Made by a program: the position numbers and the translations under genes. DNA of 64,000 bases from Macrostomum lignano (lineage: Eukaryota). Below the pieces are notes generated by a model. It made no database searches, was not told the DNA's origin, and saw only the letters and a program-made list of their open reading frames with translations. Every line of letters starts with the position of its first letter. The stretch's first letter is position 1. Location: assembly GCA_002269645.1 (NCBI GenBank), contig NIVC01000208.1:248001-312000 (forward strand). Direction: 5' to 3'. This document shows positions 1 through 13,555 of this stretch, in pieces.

Positions 1-3000
1 CTAGAATAAATGGGATCGGGATTCGATAAATGGGATTAGGAGTGCAAGCTTGGAATAAATGGGATTAGGAGTGCAAAATTGGAATAAATGGGATCGGGAT
101 TGGAATAAATGGGATCAGGATTGCAAGATTGGAAAAAATGGGATCGGGATTGGGATAAATCGGATCAGGATTGCAAGATTGGAATCATCGGGATTGGGAT
201 AAATGGGGTCAGGAGTGCAAAATTGGAATAAATGGGATCGGGATTGGGATAGATCGGATCAGGATTGCAAGATTGGAATAAATGGAATCGGGATCGGAAT
301 AAATGGGATCAGGATTGCAAGATTGGAAAAAATGGGATCGGGATTGGGATAAATAGGATCAGGATTGCAAGATTGGAATAAATGGGATCGGGATTGGAAT
401 AAATGGGATCAGGATTGCAAGATTGGAATAAATGGGATCGGGATTGGAATAAATGGGATCAGGATTGCAAGATAGGAATAAATGGGATCGGGATTGAGAT
501 AAATCGGATCAGGATTGCAAGATTGGAATAAATGGAATCGGGATTGGAATAAATGGGATCAGGATTGCAAGATTAGAATAAATGGGATCGGGATTAAGAT
601 AAATGGGATCAGGAGTGCAAGATTGGAATAAATGGGATTAGGAGTGCAAAATTGGAATAAATGGGATCGGGATTGGGATAAATCGGATCAGGATTGCAAG
701 ATTGGAATCATCGGGATTGGGATAAATGGGGTCAGGAGTGCAAAATTGGAATAAATGGGATCGGGATTGGAATAAATGGGATCAGGATTGCAAGATTGGA
801 ATAAATGGGATCGGGATTGGGATAAATCGGATCAGGATTGCAAGATTGGAATAAATGGAATCGGGATTGGAATAAATGGGATCAGGATTGCAAGATTGGA
901 ATAAATGGGATCGGGATTGAGATAATTCGGATCAGGATTGCAAGATTGGAATAAATGGGATCGGGATTGGAATAAATGGGATCAGGATTGCAAGATTAGA
1001 ATAAATGGGATCGGGATTGGAATAAATGGGATCAGGACTGCAAGATTGAAATAAATGGGATCGGGATTGAGATAAATCGGATCGGGATTGAGATAAATCG
1101 GATCAGGATTGCAAGATTGGAATAAATGGGATCGGGATTAGAATAAATGGGATCAGGATTGCAAGATTGGAATAAATGGGATCGGGATTGGAATAAATGG
1201 GATCAGGATTGCAAGATTAGAATAAATGGGATCGGGATTGGGATAAATGGAATCAGGAGTGCAAGATTGGAATAAATGAGATCAGGATTGCAAGATTGGA
1301 ATAAATGGGATCGGGATTGGGATAGATCGGATCAGGATTGCAAGATTGGAATAAATGGAATCGGGATTGGAATAAATGGGATCAGGATTGCAAGATTGGA
1401 ATAAATGGGATCGGGATTGGAATAAATGGGATCAGGATTGCAAGATTGGAATAAATGGGATCGGGATTGAGATAAATCGGATCAGGATTGCAAGATTGGA
1501 ATAAATGGGATCGGGATTGGAATAAATGGGATCAGGATTGCAAGATTAGAATAAATGGGATCGGGATTGGGATAAATGGGATCAGGACTGCAAGATTGAA
1601 ATAAATGGGATCGGGATTGAGATAAATCGGATCGGGATTGAGATAAATCGGATCAGGATTGCAAGATTGGAATAAATGGGATCGGGATTAGAATAAATGG
1701 GATCAGGATTGCAAGATTGGAATAAATGGGATCGGGATTGGAATAAATGGGATCAGGATTGCAAGATTAGAATAAATGGGATCGGGATTGGGATAAATGG
1801 AATCAGGAGTGCAAGATTGGAATAAATGAGATCAGGATTGCAAGATTGGAATAAATGGGATCGGGATTGGGATAGATCGGATCAGGATTGCAAGATTGGA
1901 ATAAATGGAATCGGGATTGGAATAAATGGGATCAGGATTGCAAGATTGGAATAAATGGGATCGGGATTGGAATAAATGGGATCAGGATTGCAAGATTGGA
2001 ATAAATGGGATCGGGATTGAGATAAATCGGATCAGGATTGCAAGATTGGAATAAATGGGATCGGGATTGAAATAAATGGGATCAGGATTGCAAGATTGGA
2101 ATAAATGGGATCGGGATTAGAATAAAAGGGATCAGGATTGCAAGATTGGAATAAATGGGATCGGGATTGGGATAAATAGGATCAGGATTGCAAGATTGGA
2201 ATAAATGGAATCGGGATTGGAATAAATGGGATCAGGATTGCAAGATTGGAATAAATGGGATCGGGATTGAAATAAATGGGATCAGGATTGCAAGATTGGA
2301 ATAAATGGGATCGGGATTGAGATAAATCGGATCAGGATTGCAAGATTGGAATAAATGGGATCGGGATTGGAATAAATGGGATCAGGATTGCAAGACTAGA
2401 ATAAATGGGATCGGGATTCGGATAAATGGGATTAGGAGTGCAAGCTTGGAATAAATGGGATTAGGAGTGCAAAATTGGAATAAATGGGATCGGGATTGGA
2501 ATAAATGGGATCAGGATTGCAAGATTGGAAAAAATGGGATCGGGATTGGGATAAATCGGATCAGGATTGCAAGATTGGAATCATCGGGATTGGGATAAAT
2601 GGGGTCAGGAGTGCAAAATTGGAATAAATGGGATCGGGATTGGGATAGATCGGATCAGGATTGCAAGATTGGAATAAATGGAATCGGGATCGGAATAAAT
2701 GGGATCAGGATTGCAAGATTGGAAAAAATGGGATCGGGATTGGGATAAATAGGATCAGGATTGCAAGATTGGAATAAATGGGATCGGGATTGGAATAAAT
2801 GGGATCAGGATTGCAAGATTGGAATAAATGGGATCGGGATTGGAATAAATGGCATCAGGATTGCAAGATAGGAATAAATGGGATCGGGATTGAGATAAAT
2901 CGGATCAGGATTGCAAGATTGGAATAAATGGAATCGGGATTGGAATAAATGGGATCAGGATTGCAAGATTAGAATAAATGGGATCGGGATTAAGATAAAT

Positions 3001-4100
3001 GGGATCAGGAGTGCAAGATTGGAATAAATGGGATTAGGAGTGCAAAATTGGAATAAATGGGATCGGGATTGGGATAAATCGGATCAGGATTGCAAGATTG
3101 GAATCATCGGGATTGGGATAAATGGGGTCAGGAGTGCAAAATTGGAATAAATGGGATCGGGATTGGAATAAATGGGATCAGGATTGCAAGATTGGAATAA
3201 ATGGGATCGGGATTGGGATAAATCGGATCAGGATTGCAAGATTGGAATAAATGGAATCGGGATTGGAATAAATGGGATCAGGATTGCAAGATTGGAATAA
3301 ATGGGATCGGGATTGAGATAATTCGGATCAGGATTGCAAGATTGGAATAAATGGGATCGGGATTGGAATAAATGGGATCAGGATTGCAAGATTAGAATAA
3401 ATGGGATCGGGATTGGAATAAATGGGATCAGGACTGCAAGATTGAAATAAATGGGATCGGGATTGAGATAAATCGGATCGGGATTGAGATAAATCGGATC
3501 AGGATTGCAAGATTGGAATAAATGGGATCGGGATTAGAATAAATGGGATCAGGATTGCAAGATTGGAATAAATGGGATCGGGATTGGAATAAATGGGATC
3601 AGGATTGCAAGATTAGAATAAATGGGATCGGGATTGGGATAAATGGAATCAGGAGTGCAAGATTGGAATAAATGAGATCAGGATTGCAAGATTGGAATAA
3701 ATGGGATCGGGATTGGGATAGATCGGATCAGGATTGCAAGATTGGAATAAATGGAATCGGGATTGGAATAAATGGGATCAGGATTGCAAGATTGGAATAA
3801 ATGGGATCGGGATTGGAATAAATGGGATCAGGATTGCAAGATTGGAATAAATGGGATCGGGATTGAGATAAATCGGATCAGGATTGCAAGATTGGAATAA
3901 ATGGGATCGGGATTGGAATAAATGGGATCAGGATTGCAAGATTAGAATAAATGGGATCGGGATTGGGATAAATGGGATCAGGAGTGCAAGATTGGAATAA
4001 ATGGGATTAGGAGTGCAAAATTGGAATAAATGGGATCGGGATTGGGATAAATCGGATAAGGATTGCAAGATTGGAACCATCGGGATTGGGATAAATGGGG
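1..4100. repeat. Satellite array, ~50-bp unit (21+29-bp subunits), runs off the window start
   Basis: Unit GGAATAAATGGGATCGGGATT + GGAATAAATGGGATCAGGATTGCAAGATT. Rare variants recur at a 2396-bp offset (CAAGCTT at 45/2441, GATAATTCGG at 921/3317) and at a 550-bp offset (1021/1571). Confidence 0.98.
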
Positions 4101-4329
4101 GCAACTTTTGGGAACTTTTGGGACTCCCTATCCCCTAACGTGTAAAATAGAAATGGTAACTTTTGGTAACTTTTCTGCAAAAAGTTACCATATTCCGGCC
4201 CTCTGATTGGCTATGTGTGTAAATGTTTCCTAAGGCGTACGCCTTCCAATTGGCTGCGAGAATGGTAAATTTTTGGTAACTTTCATAGGCAAAAGTTCCC
4301 ATAAATGTTTCCATAATTTTTCAACGGGT

Positions 4330-4570
4330 TCCCTCCCTCCTGACCCTTGTTTCCCTCCCTTCTGACCTGTGGCTTCCCTCCCTCCTGACCCATGGCTCCC
4401 TCTCTTCTGAACCCTGGATTCCCTCACTCCTGACCCATGGCTTCCCTCACTCCTGACTAGTGGCTCTGCCTCCTTGCTCTTTCCCCCGTGCTCTGCCTCC
4501 TGGTTATCTGCCCTCTGCTCTGTCCGCACGGCTTTTCTTCCTGCTCTGCCCTCCCTGCTGTCTGCTCTAC
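4330..4570. repeat. Degenerate C/T-rich short tandem repeat
   Basis: Recurring CCCTC(A/C)CTCCTGACC and CCCTCTGCT motifs; the overlapping 99-aa minus ORF is a by-product. Confidence 0.7.
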
Positions 4571-5134
4571 CCTGCTTCTCCGCCCTCTGCTAAAGTAGTC
4601 TCGTATTAGTACCAAGCAACACAGCTTATTGAAAGCACATTCTTCCTTCAGAAAAAGCTACCGGTGAAGCCCAGCTGCTGTCCCATTGGCACCTTTGCTT
4701 TGGTCTCCGCCTCGAACAACGCTGCTGCGGCCGGGACTGCCGCTGGTTCTGCTCGAACAGCCGCCTCGAACGCTACAGTCGGCGCAAAGCGTACTATAAC
4801 CTTCAGCAATGCGGTGATCGTACCAAAGTTAGCTCAGAATGGAACGGTCGTTGAAAGGATTTTGTCTTGAGCTGTCAGCAAATGGAAATTCGTATCATTG
4901 ACAGTTCATGTTAGCTTTATTTACAGTCAAGTTTTTAACTTTGCTTATCTGTACCTTTTACCCTTGCTCTACTTTTATCCATAACTTGTTAGTTTCTTGC
5001 TCATGTACTCTATGCATGCACATATACATGCATTAGTACTTCCGATCACCGTTAGTGAGGTTTCACAAGTCACCAATAGCCATAACACAAAAGCCATGGA
5101 TTGACAAGCCATATCTAACTTTTGCAGAGGCGAG

Positions 5135-5334
5135 GAGAGCGGTAAGGTGGCATGAGCTGAGAGCGGGAAGGTAGCATGAGCTGAGAGCGGGAAGGTGGCG
5201 GGAGCTGAGAGCGGGAAGGTGGCGGGAGCTGAGAGCGGAAAGGTGGCATGAGCTGAGAGCGGTAAAGTAGCATGAGCTGAGAGCGGGAAGGTGGCGGGAG
5301 CTGAGAGCGGGAAGGTGGCGGGAGCTGAGAGCAT
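5135..5334. repeat. 24-bp minisatellite, ~8 copies
   Basis: Unit GAGCTGAGAGCGGGAAGGTGGCGG with variants. Confidence 0.92.
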
Positions 5335-5706
5335 ATATGAGAATATATTAGGAAGATAGTAAAAATAGGCAATAAGTTTTATACTACCTTGGCAACTTCG
5401 ACTATCACAAAATAAAACAAAAAAGTTATTTTAATTGTTGATAAAGCTTATATGCAGCCTAGAGTTGCTTTGAAAATGTAGTTCTTAAAGTGCACTTTAA
5501 TGTTATAAAATTTCATTCGTATATATATTGCTAATCAATAGATAAAACACTGCAAAGTTGCCTTCGACCATCACACAAAAATTGAGCAAGTTGTCTCCCA
5601 TTTGATCTATGGTATAAAGTTTTTATTTTCAGTAATTTTATTAAACCAAGTAGGGGTTCCAAGTAGAATATAACCAAATAATACATTTCATGTATGCCAG
5701 TAGATA

Positions 5707-6660
5707 ATGAATTCCAATAGTGCCCAGCCAAATGTTAGTGCCCAAGCTAAGTCCAATGCCCAACGTAGTAAGGAGTATCGGGCTAGAAATGCTGATAGGT
5801 TGAAAACTAAGGAAAAAGAGCGCAGAAGACTTCGTCGTCTACTTAGCTCTGATGAGCAAAAGGCCAAGGCCAAGGCACAAACCCTAGTGCGATATCAAAA
5901 GAACTCTGCCATTGCCCTTGAAAAAGCTGCCAATGCGATCCAGAGTACATCATCTGCTTATGCCAACAGACAGGCCGAATCTCGCGCTGTTAACAGGTAC
6001 AGTTTCAAGTTTGGTGTTCTCAGTAAAACATACTGTAATGTGCTACATAACTTTCTTAAGTAACTTTGTGACAACTACCAATACCAACAGAGCTCGCGCT
6101 GCACTGCCTGAAACACCAAATCGTAGACAGGCTGTCTTGGCAAAGCTCTCCGCTGAGCATGGTGTTGTTGTAGCAAAGCCTGTGATCTTGAGGCCTCGTT
6201 TATCACAGGAAACTGTCGATGCTGTATTGGCTTTTTTCCTGCGAGAAGACGTTTCTCAGTGGTCGCTGGTCGCCGCGAATTCGTCAAGGTTCAAGGCGAG
6301 AAAGTGCAGAAGCGGTACCTACTTATGAGCTTAAAGGAAGCTCATGCACTTTTTCTGCAAGAGTTCGACTGCTTCAAGATATCTCGAGCTGCATTTTGTG
6401 AGCTCCGATCAGCGCATGTTGTGCCATTCGGAAATACTCCGCTGATTGCCTGCTGCTGCACTGAGCATGAGAACTTTCGAAGGTAATAATTTTAGCTAGT
6501 GTTAGTATTAACGTATTTACATTTTAGTAGGGAATAAAAATTAGCTCAACACTGACTTGAATGTTTTTTCGTTCACTAATGTTTTAGTATCTGCAATGCT
6601 TTGAGTGGCAAGTTGCCTGGGCTACCACCATATTCATCAGATTGGTTGAATGAAGTGGTG
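5707..6660 (+). pseudogene. Spliced, frameshifted, truncated DNA-transposon-like protein (superfamily not assigned)
   Basis: Likely introns near 5997-6090 and 6483-6587. Peptides ALPETPNRRQAVL, LSQETVDAVLAFFLREDVSQW / PGRREFVKVQGEKVQKRYLLMSLKEAHALF (1-nt frameshift near 6265), FCELRSAHVV and CCCTEHENF follow the LP.SP..K / PG.KD.V / QKR.LL / F..LRP / C.C..HEN pattern I recall from invertebrate transposon proteins. Confidence 0.55.
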
Positions 6661-7900
6661 CTTTTTTGTTGTGTTTATTTTGCTTTGACGGAACTGCAGT
6701 AACATAGTCTATACATGCACTCCGCTTCACAACCTAATTGTTGAGCGCACTTGATTTTGTTTCTTTAGTTTTAGTACAAACATAAAAGCTTCTTTGATTT
6801 CTCTGATTTTGGTACTTGGCCTATTTTACAATTTTTGTTCTTTTTGAGTTAATTTAAGTGTTCTAGGGCCTAATATATACGAGCTTTATATTTCTGCTTC
6901 GGGCATCCATCCCCTATACTAAAAATCAGAAAGTATTAGTCAAGATATTATCGATACACTATGTCCAAAACTGCGTCTCAACGGCATGCAAAAATAAAGT
7001 TTGATGAATTGCTTCAAGAGGTAGCTTCAACATCTGATGTTGATGAAGAAGATGCACCTAATTATGCTGTCACTGGGCCTAGTGAACATGTTCATACTAT
7101 AACTACTTCTGCCATTGACAATGAATGCTGTGGAGCAATGGATGTTGATTCAATGTTTGCTACTGATCTATATGACTTTGAATCATCATCTGATGAATCA
7201 TCTGTTGATTCAGTTAGTGCAAGTGGAGCTTCTTTAATTGAACAGCTACGAGATTGGGCAAAGGCTTACAACATTACACTAACAGCAATAACTGCTCTTT
7301 TAAAGATCCCTTGTCTGCTACTTTACTTTTCTTCCACGGTGCTATAACACTCTTGCAAACTCCTCGTAATATCAAGGTTGAACCAATGGGATCTGGTAGT
7401 TTTCTATATTTTGGACTTGATTGTATTAGTAAAACCCTTGAGTTGTCAACATCTAAGCTACAGCTTCAAATTAATATTGATGGTCTCCCAATTTCAAAAA
7501 GTACTCAAGATGCATTTTGGCCTATTCTTGGAGCATTAGATGGCTCTGAGCCATTCATTATTGCTATCTTTCATGGAGTTGGCAAACCACCAATTAAAAG
7601 TTTCCTAAAGCAACGTGTTTATGATTTGCTAATTATTGAGTCAAAAGTCAATATTATGTTCATTTGTGATGCACCAGCTCGTGCCTTTATTAAGTGTATA
7701 AAAGGGCATAGTGGCTATGCTTCTTGTGAAAGGTGCATAGTTCATGGCTATTTTGAAAAACATGTTATTTTAGATGAGACCAATGCAGCATTGCGAACAG
7801 ACCAATCCTTTCGAGCCCAAACTGATGAAGATCATCATACTGGTATTAGTCCACGAATTTTACTAAAAGTAAATATGATTTTGGCATTTCCATTAGACTA

Positions 7901-9237
7901 CTTCGCCTGTCCGGAAAGTCGTGAGAATGTGTCAGTCAAGCAAGAAAGCAGCAAGCTGATGACATGGCACACATAAAATTTCAATAATAGACTTATATAT
8001 GTCTATGGTGAAAATTCTTGTTATTCTAGCAGCAAAATTGGGGGCAGGGGCGAGCTCAGCATAAAGTGCTCAATAACCAATGCAACGCGGTGATCAAGCT
8101 TGAAAAATTTAATAGCGAGTTCGTCAAAATGGAAGATTTCCAGGCTTATGCCTACGCTACGAGCGTAGATACCGTCTTGGAATCTCTGTTATTAGTTGTT
8201 ATGACGAACTAATTAAAGTTTATGGAGATGCCGCACCAGGTCAGTCAACGGTTTACAGATGGTACTCAAAGTTCCGTGATGAAGCATTTCCCCTGGCCTC
8301 AGCTCCTCGGACTGGCCGGCCACGGTCAACAAGGACAACGGAACTGATCGGATGATTCAAAAGTTAGTGTCCGAGACCTCGCTGACTTTTTGGAAGTTGA
8401 TAAAACAACAGTGCACGAAATTTTGACCGAGGATTTGCACCTTCGAAACGTTTCTGCCGTCTGGGTTCCTCATGCTCTATCCGAGGAGAACAAGACTGCT
8501 CGCATCAATTGTGCCAAGCAAATCCGCAGGCTTTTTTACAACGAGGGGGTGGAAAACTTTTGCGACAAGTACGTTGTGGAAGATGAGACGTGGGTGTACC
8601 TGAACAACACTGGCACAAAGCAAAACAACAGGTGCTGGCTTGGCCAAGGAGATCATCGGCCCCAGGTTGTCAGGCACTCGGTCGGGAATGCAAAGACAAT
8701 GCTTCTGGTTGCTTTCACTCCAAGCAAGCGCTTCTCCATTAAATCCACAGCCCCGAAGCAAACTGTTGATGCAGATGGCATAGTTGAATTCATTCGGCAC
8801 ACTGGAGACCTATGGCGTACTCTGAGGTCAAAGCCAATTCACCTGTCGGATGTTCTTTGGCAGTGGGACAATGCGCGACCTCACGTAGCCCGTTCTGTGC
8901 AGCAGTACATGGAGTCCCGTGGAGTTCAGCTGGTATTTCAGAGTCCTTACAGCCCAGACTTCAATCTGTGCGACCGTTTTTTGTTCAGTTGGATGAAGAA
9001 TGATTTCTCCAGGCGAGTGTTCAGCGACCACAATGAAGTTCGAGAAGCTGCGTTGCAGTGGGCAAGAGGCCTTGACGAAGATTGCTTAAAAAGAGAGGTT
9101 CAGCGACTCGTTGACCATTGCCAAGCTGTAATCAATGCAACGGGAGATTACATTACCAACTAGTGCTGTTATCGTGTTTTTTGATAGTTCTGACTGATTT
9201 TTTAAATACATTCTCGCGACTTTCTGGACAGCCGAAG
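7901..9237 (+). mobile_element. Full-length mariner transposon (1337 bp) with 30-bp TIRs and TA target duplication
   Basis: Left TIR CTTCGCCTGTCCGGAAAGTCGTGAGAATGT (7901-7930) versus reverse complement of the right end CTTCGGCTGTCCAGAAAGTCGCGAGAATGT (3 mismatches). TA at 7899-7900 and 9238-9239. Confidence 0.97.
8129..9163 (+). pseudogene. Mariner DD34D transposase; catalytic domain open, N-terminal HTH region disrupted
   Basis: WVPHAL, VEDETW, WDNARPH and SPYSPDFNLCD with exactly 34 residues between D2 and D3. The upstream HTH peptide (VYRWYSKFRD...GRP) is cut by a frameshift and by a TGA at ~8352. Confidence 0.93.
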
Positions 9238-10320
9238 TATATGCATTTAGTATGTCTTGGAGTTGTGAAGCGGCTTTTGATGCTATGGACTTGTGGACCT
9301 CTTCCTTATAGACTTCAGTCCAGGGTCATTACTCATATTAGTGATAATCTTCAAGTCATGTCTTCCTTTTTCCCATCTGAATTTTTAAGGAATCCAAGAG
9401 GACTAAATGATCTAACGTTTTGGGAAGCAAATGAATTCCGTACCTTTTTGCTCTATTCTGGATTAGTAGCATTAAAGTCAGCTATTCCAACTAAGTTGTA
9501 CAAAAACTTTCTGCTTCTAAGCACTGCAATTACAATTTTATGTAACCGTATTTTGAGTATTGAAATCTATGCATACGCTAATACACTGCTTCAAACTTTT
9601 GTGTCAACAAGTATTAATATTTATGGTATACAGTTCCTAACCTATAATGTGCATAATCTTGTTTACATTGCTGATGATGTCAAAAGCAATGGCAGTTTAG
9701 ATAGTTTCTCAGCATTCAAGTTTGAAAATTTCATGCAAAAAAATTAAAAGAATGCTTCGTTCCAGTGATCTTCCTTTAACACAAATTGGTGGCAGGTTGC
9801 AAGAATTTAATATGATAAAATCAACTAAAGATAAAATCACAACTTCAAACCTAAAATATATTAAGCAACATTCTAATGGACCTATCCCAAACAATGTTTC
9901 TTTCAACTTTGTGTCTCAACAATACCATGCTGTGTGCACAAATCAGCATCGACTTTCTGCTTCTCAAAGAGATTGTAATATTGAAGATAAGAATGGAATC
10001 CTTTATAAAATACATAATATTTTATGTATTAACCAGCAGGCAATGCTTATTTGTCAGCAATTTAAATCAAAAGAATCTTTCTTTAATTATCCTATGGAAT
10101 CTAGCAAACTATCTATTCATCTTGTGTCTAACCTAGATAATACACTTACATGTATCCCACTTAATAATGTTATTAGGAAGTACTGTGGAATTCCAGTAGA
10201 TAGAAAGGTTTTGTTTATTCCAATGTTTTATAAGTGAAATATATCTGTTATGAAGATTCTATAATGCTCAATAACAATTTATTATATGCAAAATAATTTA
10301 TATTCTTAAACAATCTATAG

Positions 10321-12441
10321 GATACATTCAGCATTGTCCTTTTTGACCATGATTTAGTTGAGTATGTCAGTGGCAACTGGCTAATTGGTCGAACTCAGTG
10401 TCTTTGGCCAAAATGTGACTCAACTGAATTAAGATCTTTACGGAGTAGGCATGCAAAGCCAGAAGAAGGTTGAGAGTTGCATCCTTGCAAAATTTTGTCT
10501 ACAACATCCTGTGAAATAATTGCACGACGTCGGCTGAGAAAGGCAACAATGGGAAATGATGACTTGTCCACAGATACAGAACAGAGAAGGGTATCTGTGC
10601 CACCACAAAGATTTGCCAACGAGAGTTTCACTAGCAGGCAGGGTCCTAGCAAAAAGTCACATGTACCAGCTGAAAATTCTGACTCTGATAGTGACAATGA
10701 AGCTGATAACATGGTCAATGATTTTATCCCACCATTTCCTGAACGGACAGGTATGTAAAAAATTGGTATCAATTGCCATATATTTATTACATCTTGTAAT
10801 TCAAAAGTTGTTTCCACTTTTTCATCAAGGCTGCTCAACAATTTTCAATCCTGAGTTTGCTGGTGTCAATCAGCCAGAGATTTCTGCTAACTCAAATCTG
10901 GTGTTGCACACACAGTCTGGACTTGCTTGTAAGTGCTTAATGTTGCTATTGGCATTGGTGTGCTTTTGCATAGTTTTATTTTAAACAAATTCAAATGCTT
11001 TCAGCAGCCTCCATTTCACATGAACAACCTGCTGGTATTGACGCAGGTGCTGTTGGCTATGGTTTACAGTCCGAGTTAAACTCAGACTTTCTGGCTGCTG
11101 AGCAGATTTGTGCCTATGGACAGGAAGGTATGTATCTAGTAGAATATTCTTATAGGTTTTTAATACACCTTTTTTTGGCCATACAGTAGCATGGTAAAGA
11201 AACGAAAAACTATTTCAGTTAATTATACCAGCAAGTAGTTTGTATTTTGTATAGATATGATTGATTGTTGTATGCAATTAAACTACCCCCCCTCCACCCT
11301 TTTAACATAGATCCAGGCGGATTAGTAGCTAAGCTTTATGCAGATGATGGCAGTCACAGGCAAAGTGCCAGCTCAATTGTGACAGCTCAACACACATGTA
11401 AGTATATATTTGTTACAATTTCCTGTGATTTTTTCAATCCGGTTTATGCTCAATTATTTTTTGTTTAACAGCCGACATTGCATTAACACCAAATGGTTTC
11501 CGAACAGCTGCATGTCGACGATCAAAACATTGCCGCCAGAGAACAAAATGATTTGTTTGGGGACTTTGGTCGAAACTCCAGCTTACAGAGTCAGCCAACA
11601 AGTAAGCATTTGTTAGTGGAAAGTTTTATCGCTGATGCGAGGCAAAAATTAAAATTATATGTTTTGCAGGAGTTGAGCGGATCATACTGCGAGAGCTGGC
11701 GGCCATACGGCAGCAAAACTGTGAAATTGCTCGGAGTCTAGCCTACTTGACCAGCCGTCGGGGTGTTGCCATTGCCATGCCTATCTCATTGCCGTGTCGC
11801 TCTGAAGTAGACTTTTAGAGACTCTCTGAATTCGTTACTACTGAAGCAAACGCTGAAAATCTGGTAAGAGCATTTGGCTATTCGCTGGGTTAGATTGTAT
11901 AATACTCCGAGTCGTGTCTTGTTTTTAATTGTAAATTTTGGATTGAGTGAATTAGTGAGGCACTATAATGTATTCTAGATTGTCGCAATTTCCAGTATGT
12001 ACTATAATCATCTTGATAATTTTGCAACTGTACTCTTTCTTTTATTTAACTTACGTATTTCATTGTTATGTACCTGTTAATCTGTACATAGTGATTTTTT
12101 ATGTTCTTTTCTAGCAAAGGCAGCTATCATGTGCTGGTGGCAATGATCTGCGGGATGTTGTGCGGCGAATACTTCGCAATCTACTGACACCTGGAGTGGC
12201 CGCACTCTTTAATTTCCGTGGAAGAGGAGCAAAGATGCCATTCAAAGGTACTCCACTGTGGCCAGTTGTGCGAGGTGCAGCAATGCTGTCAATACGAACA
12301 ACCGAAAAGGATGTTGAGGATGCTACCAAAGATTGCCTAAAGCATGCCAAAGACCCTGAGCGCATTAGGGTAGCAACCTCTTCGCTTCGAACGGCGGGGC
12401 AGCGGATGTCCTCTGGCTCTGGTGGAGGTATCAATTATTAA
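10321..12441 (+). pseudogene. Spliced second ORF of the EnSpm/CACTA-type element (DUF4806-like)
   Basis: First recognisable exon FSIVLFDHDLVEYVSGNWL..QCLWPK..P.EG*ELHPCKIL (Trp replaced by TGA), several small GT-AG exons, last exon LSCAGGNDLRDVVRRILRNLLTPGVAALFNFRGRGAKMPFKG...DCLKHAKD. This matches the DUF4806-type ORF that accompanies this transposase class. Confidence 0.75.
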
Positions 12442-12639
12442 AAATTTACAAATGTACATTTGTTTATAGTTAATTTTTCATAATAATATAACTCATAATT
12501 TATACATATAATGTGTATAATGTATAATATAGGATAGCATTGTTTTAATTTATAAAGTTTATATGTATAGATAGAAGATAGCCACAAACAGTACCAATAC
12601 CAATAAATGCTAATATAATACTACCCTTTTTCTTTTTAG

Positions 12640-13529
12640 GTATAAGAAATGCATTTGATTTATTGATGCCACCACAAACAAGCCAGAAGAGGCCTAGCGC
12701 TAGCCAAGATGTATATACCACTTTAAAAACAGGGCTAGATGGTGAGCCTGAACTTAAAAGACGAAAAAAAGACTTTACCAAGAGAATAAGGGCACCTGGT
12801 TTTGCTAAGGATACACACTACTGTGTGCATTGCTTGAAATCTAGCCAGCCTCTTCAGTTTTGCAAAATATATAATGCTGCTGATAGGGCTTGTAACCGCC
12901 ACAAAGCCAGGTAATTTGTCTATTGAATATTTATATATATTCATCATTAACAATATATTTATAGTTATTTTTCATTAGAAACTTAGAAAACAATAAACAT
13001 ATTGGACAGCATTTGAAATAACCCCAAATACTACCTTAATCCAGGCACCATAAAAACCAAACTGGCTATGTAGAGCAATTTCTAAGGCCTGATTGCCTTG
13101 TTGTGCAGCAGCTTTTGGCTTCTCGGAGTCAGAGTCAGCAGTCTCAGCAGCCACCCTTGGCAGAGGCCACAAAGCCAGAGGCAGAGGCTTCAGTGCTCAC
13201 CATTGAAACAGCTGAACCTTCTGCTGCTGCTGTTAACAGCAATGTCAACATATCAGCTGCTTGTGCAGATGCTGCAACAACTGTTGCTAAAAAAACTGGG
13301 CAATTAGAAGACTGTCAGCATCTGCTCTCTATCGGGCCATTCACCCAGTCTCAATTTCAACTGAGCTTTAATGCTCCGCAATCATCGCCTGCTCCTGTAG
13401 AACAAGCCATGGCTGCAGGTACAGGCATGTTGGGTATGCTTCAGCAAATAGCATCTCAACAGGAGAGACTGGTGAAGATGTTCGAAGCTACTCTTCAGCA
13501 AGAAAAGATCAGTGTTTCTGCAGCTGTTG
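12640..13529 (+). pseudogene. Two spliced exons (Cys/His cluster, then low-complexity Q/A/S), possibly the 5' part of the hAT transposase
   Basis: Acceptor TTTTTAG/G near 12640, HYCVHCLKSS...CNRH, donor GTAAT at ~12911, second exon ~13110-13529 ending at GTATG. The link to the hAT gene is inferred from position only. Confidence 0.4.
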
Positions 13530-13555
13530 GTATGTATTTTTCTGTTTATATTTAG

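Larger units (their letters stand above)
6961..10237 (+). pseudogene. EnSpm/CACTA (CMC)-type transposase, interrupted by a mariner and frameshifted
   Basis: Motifs QINIDGLPISKST..FWPILG, FICDAPARAFIKCIKGHSGYASCERC, FPLDY/MHLVCLGVVKRLL, EFRTFLLYSG, YNVHNLVYIADDV and SAFKFENFMQK. Frameshifts near 7310 and 9740; mariner insertion at 7901-9237. Confidence 0.9.

Noticed and set aside
1-4100. Telomeric or subtelomeric repeat
   Set aside because: No TTAGGG-type short-period array; the unit is 50 bp.
4101-4330. Promoter or structured RNA (GGTAACTTTT/AAAAGTTACC hairpin, CCAAT boxes)
   Set aside because: Short motifs with no linked gene; could be a small repeat element; not supportable.
6660-12620. 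Terminal inverted repeats of the CACTA-type element
   Set aside because: I looked for matching CAC...GTG ends on both flanks and found no convincing pair.
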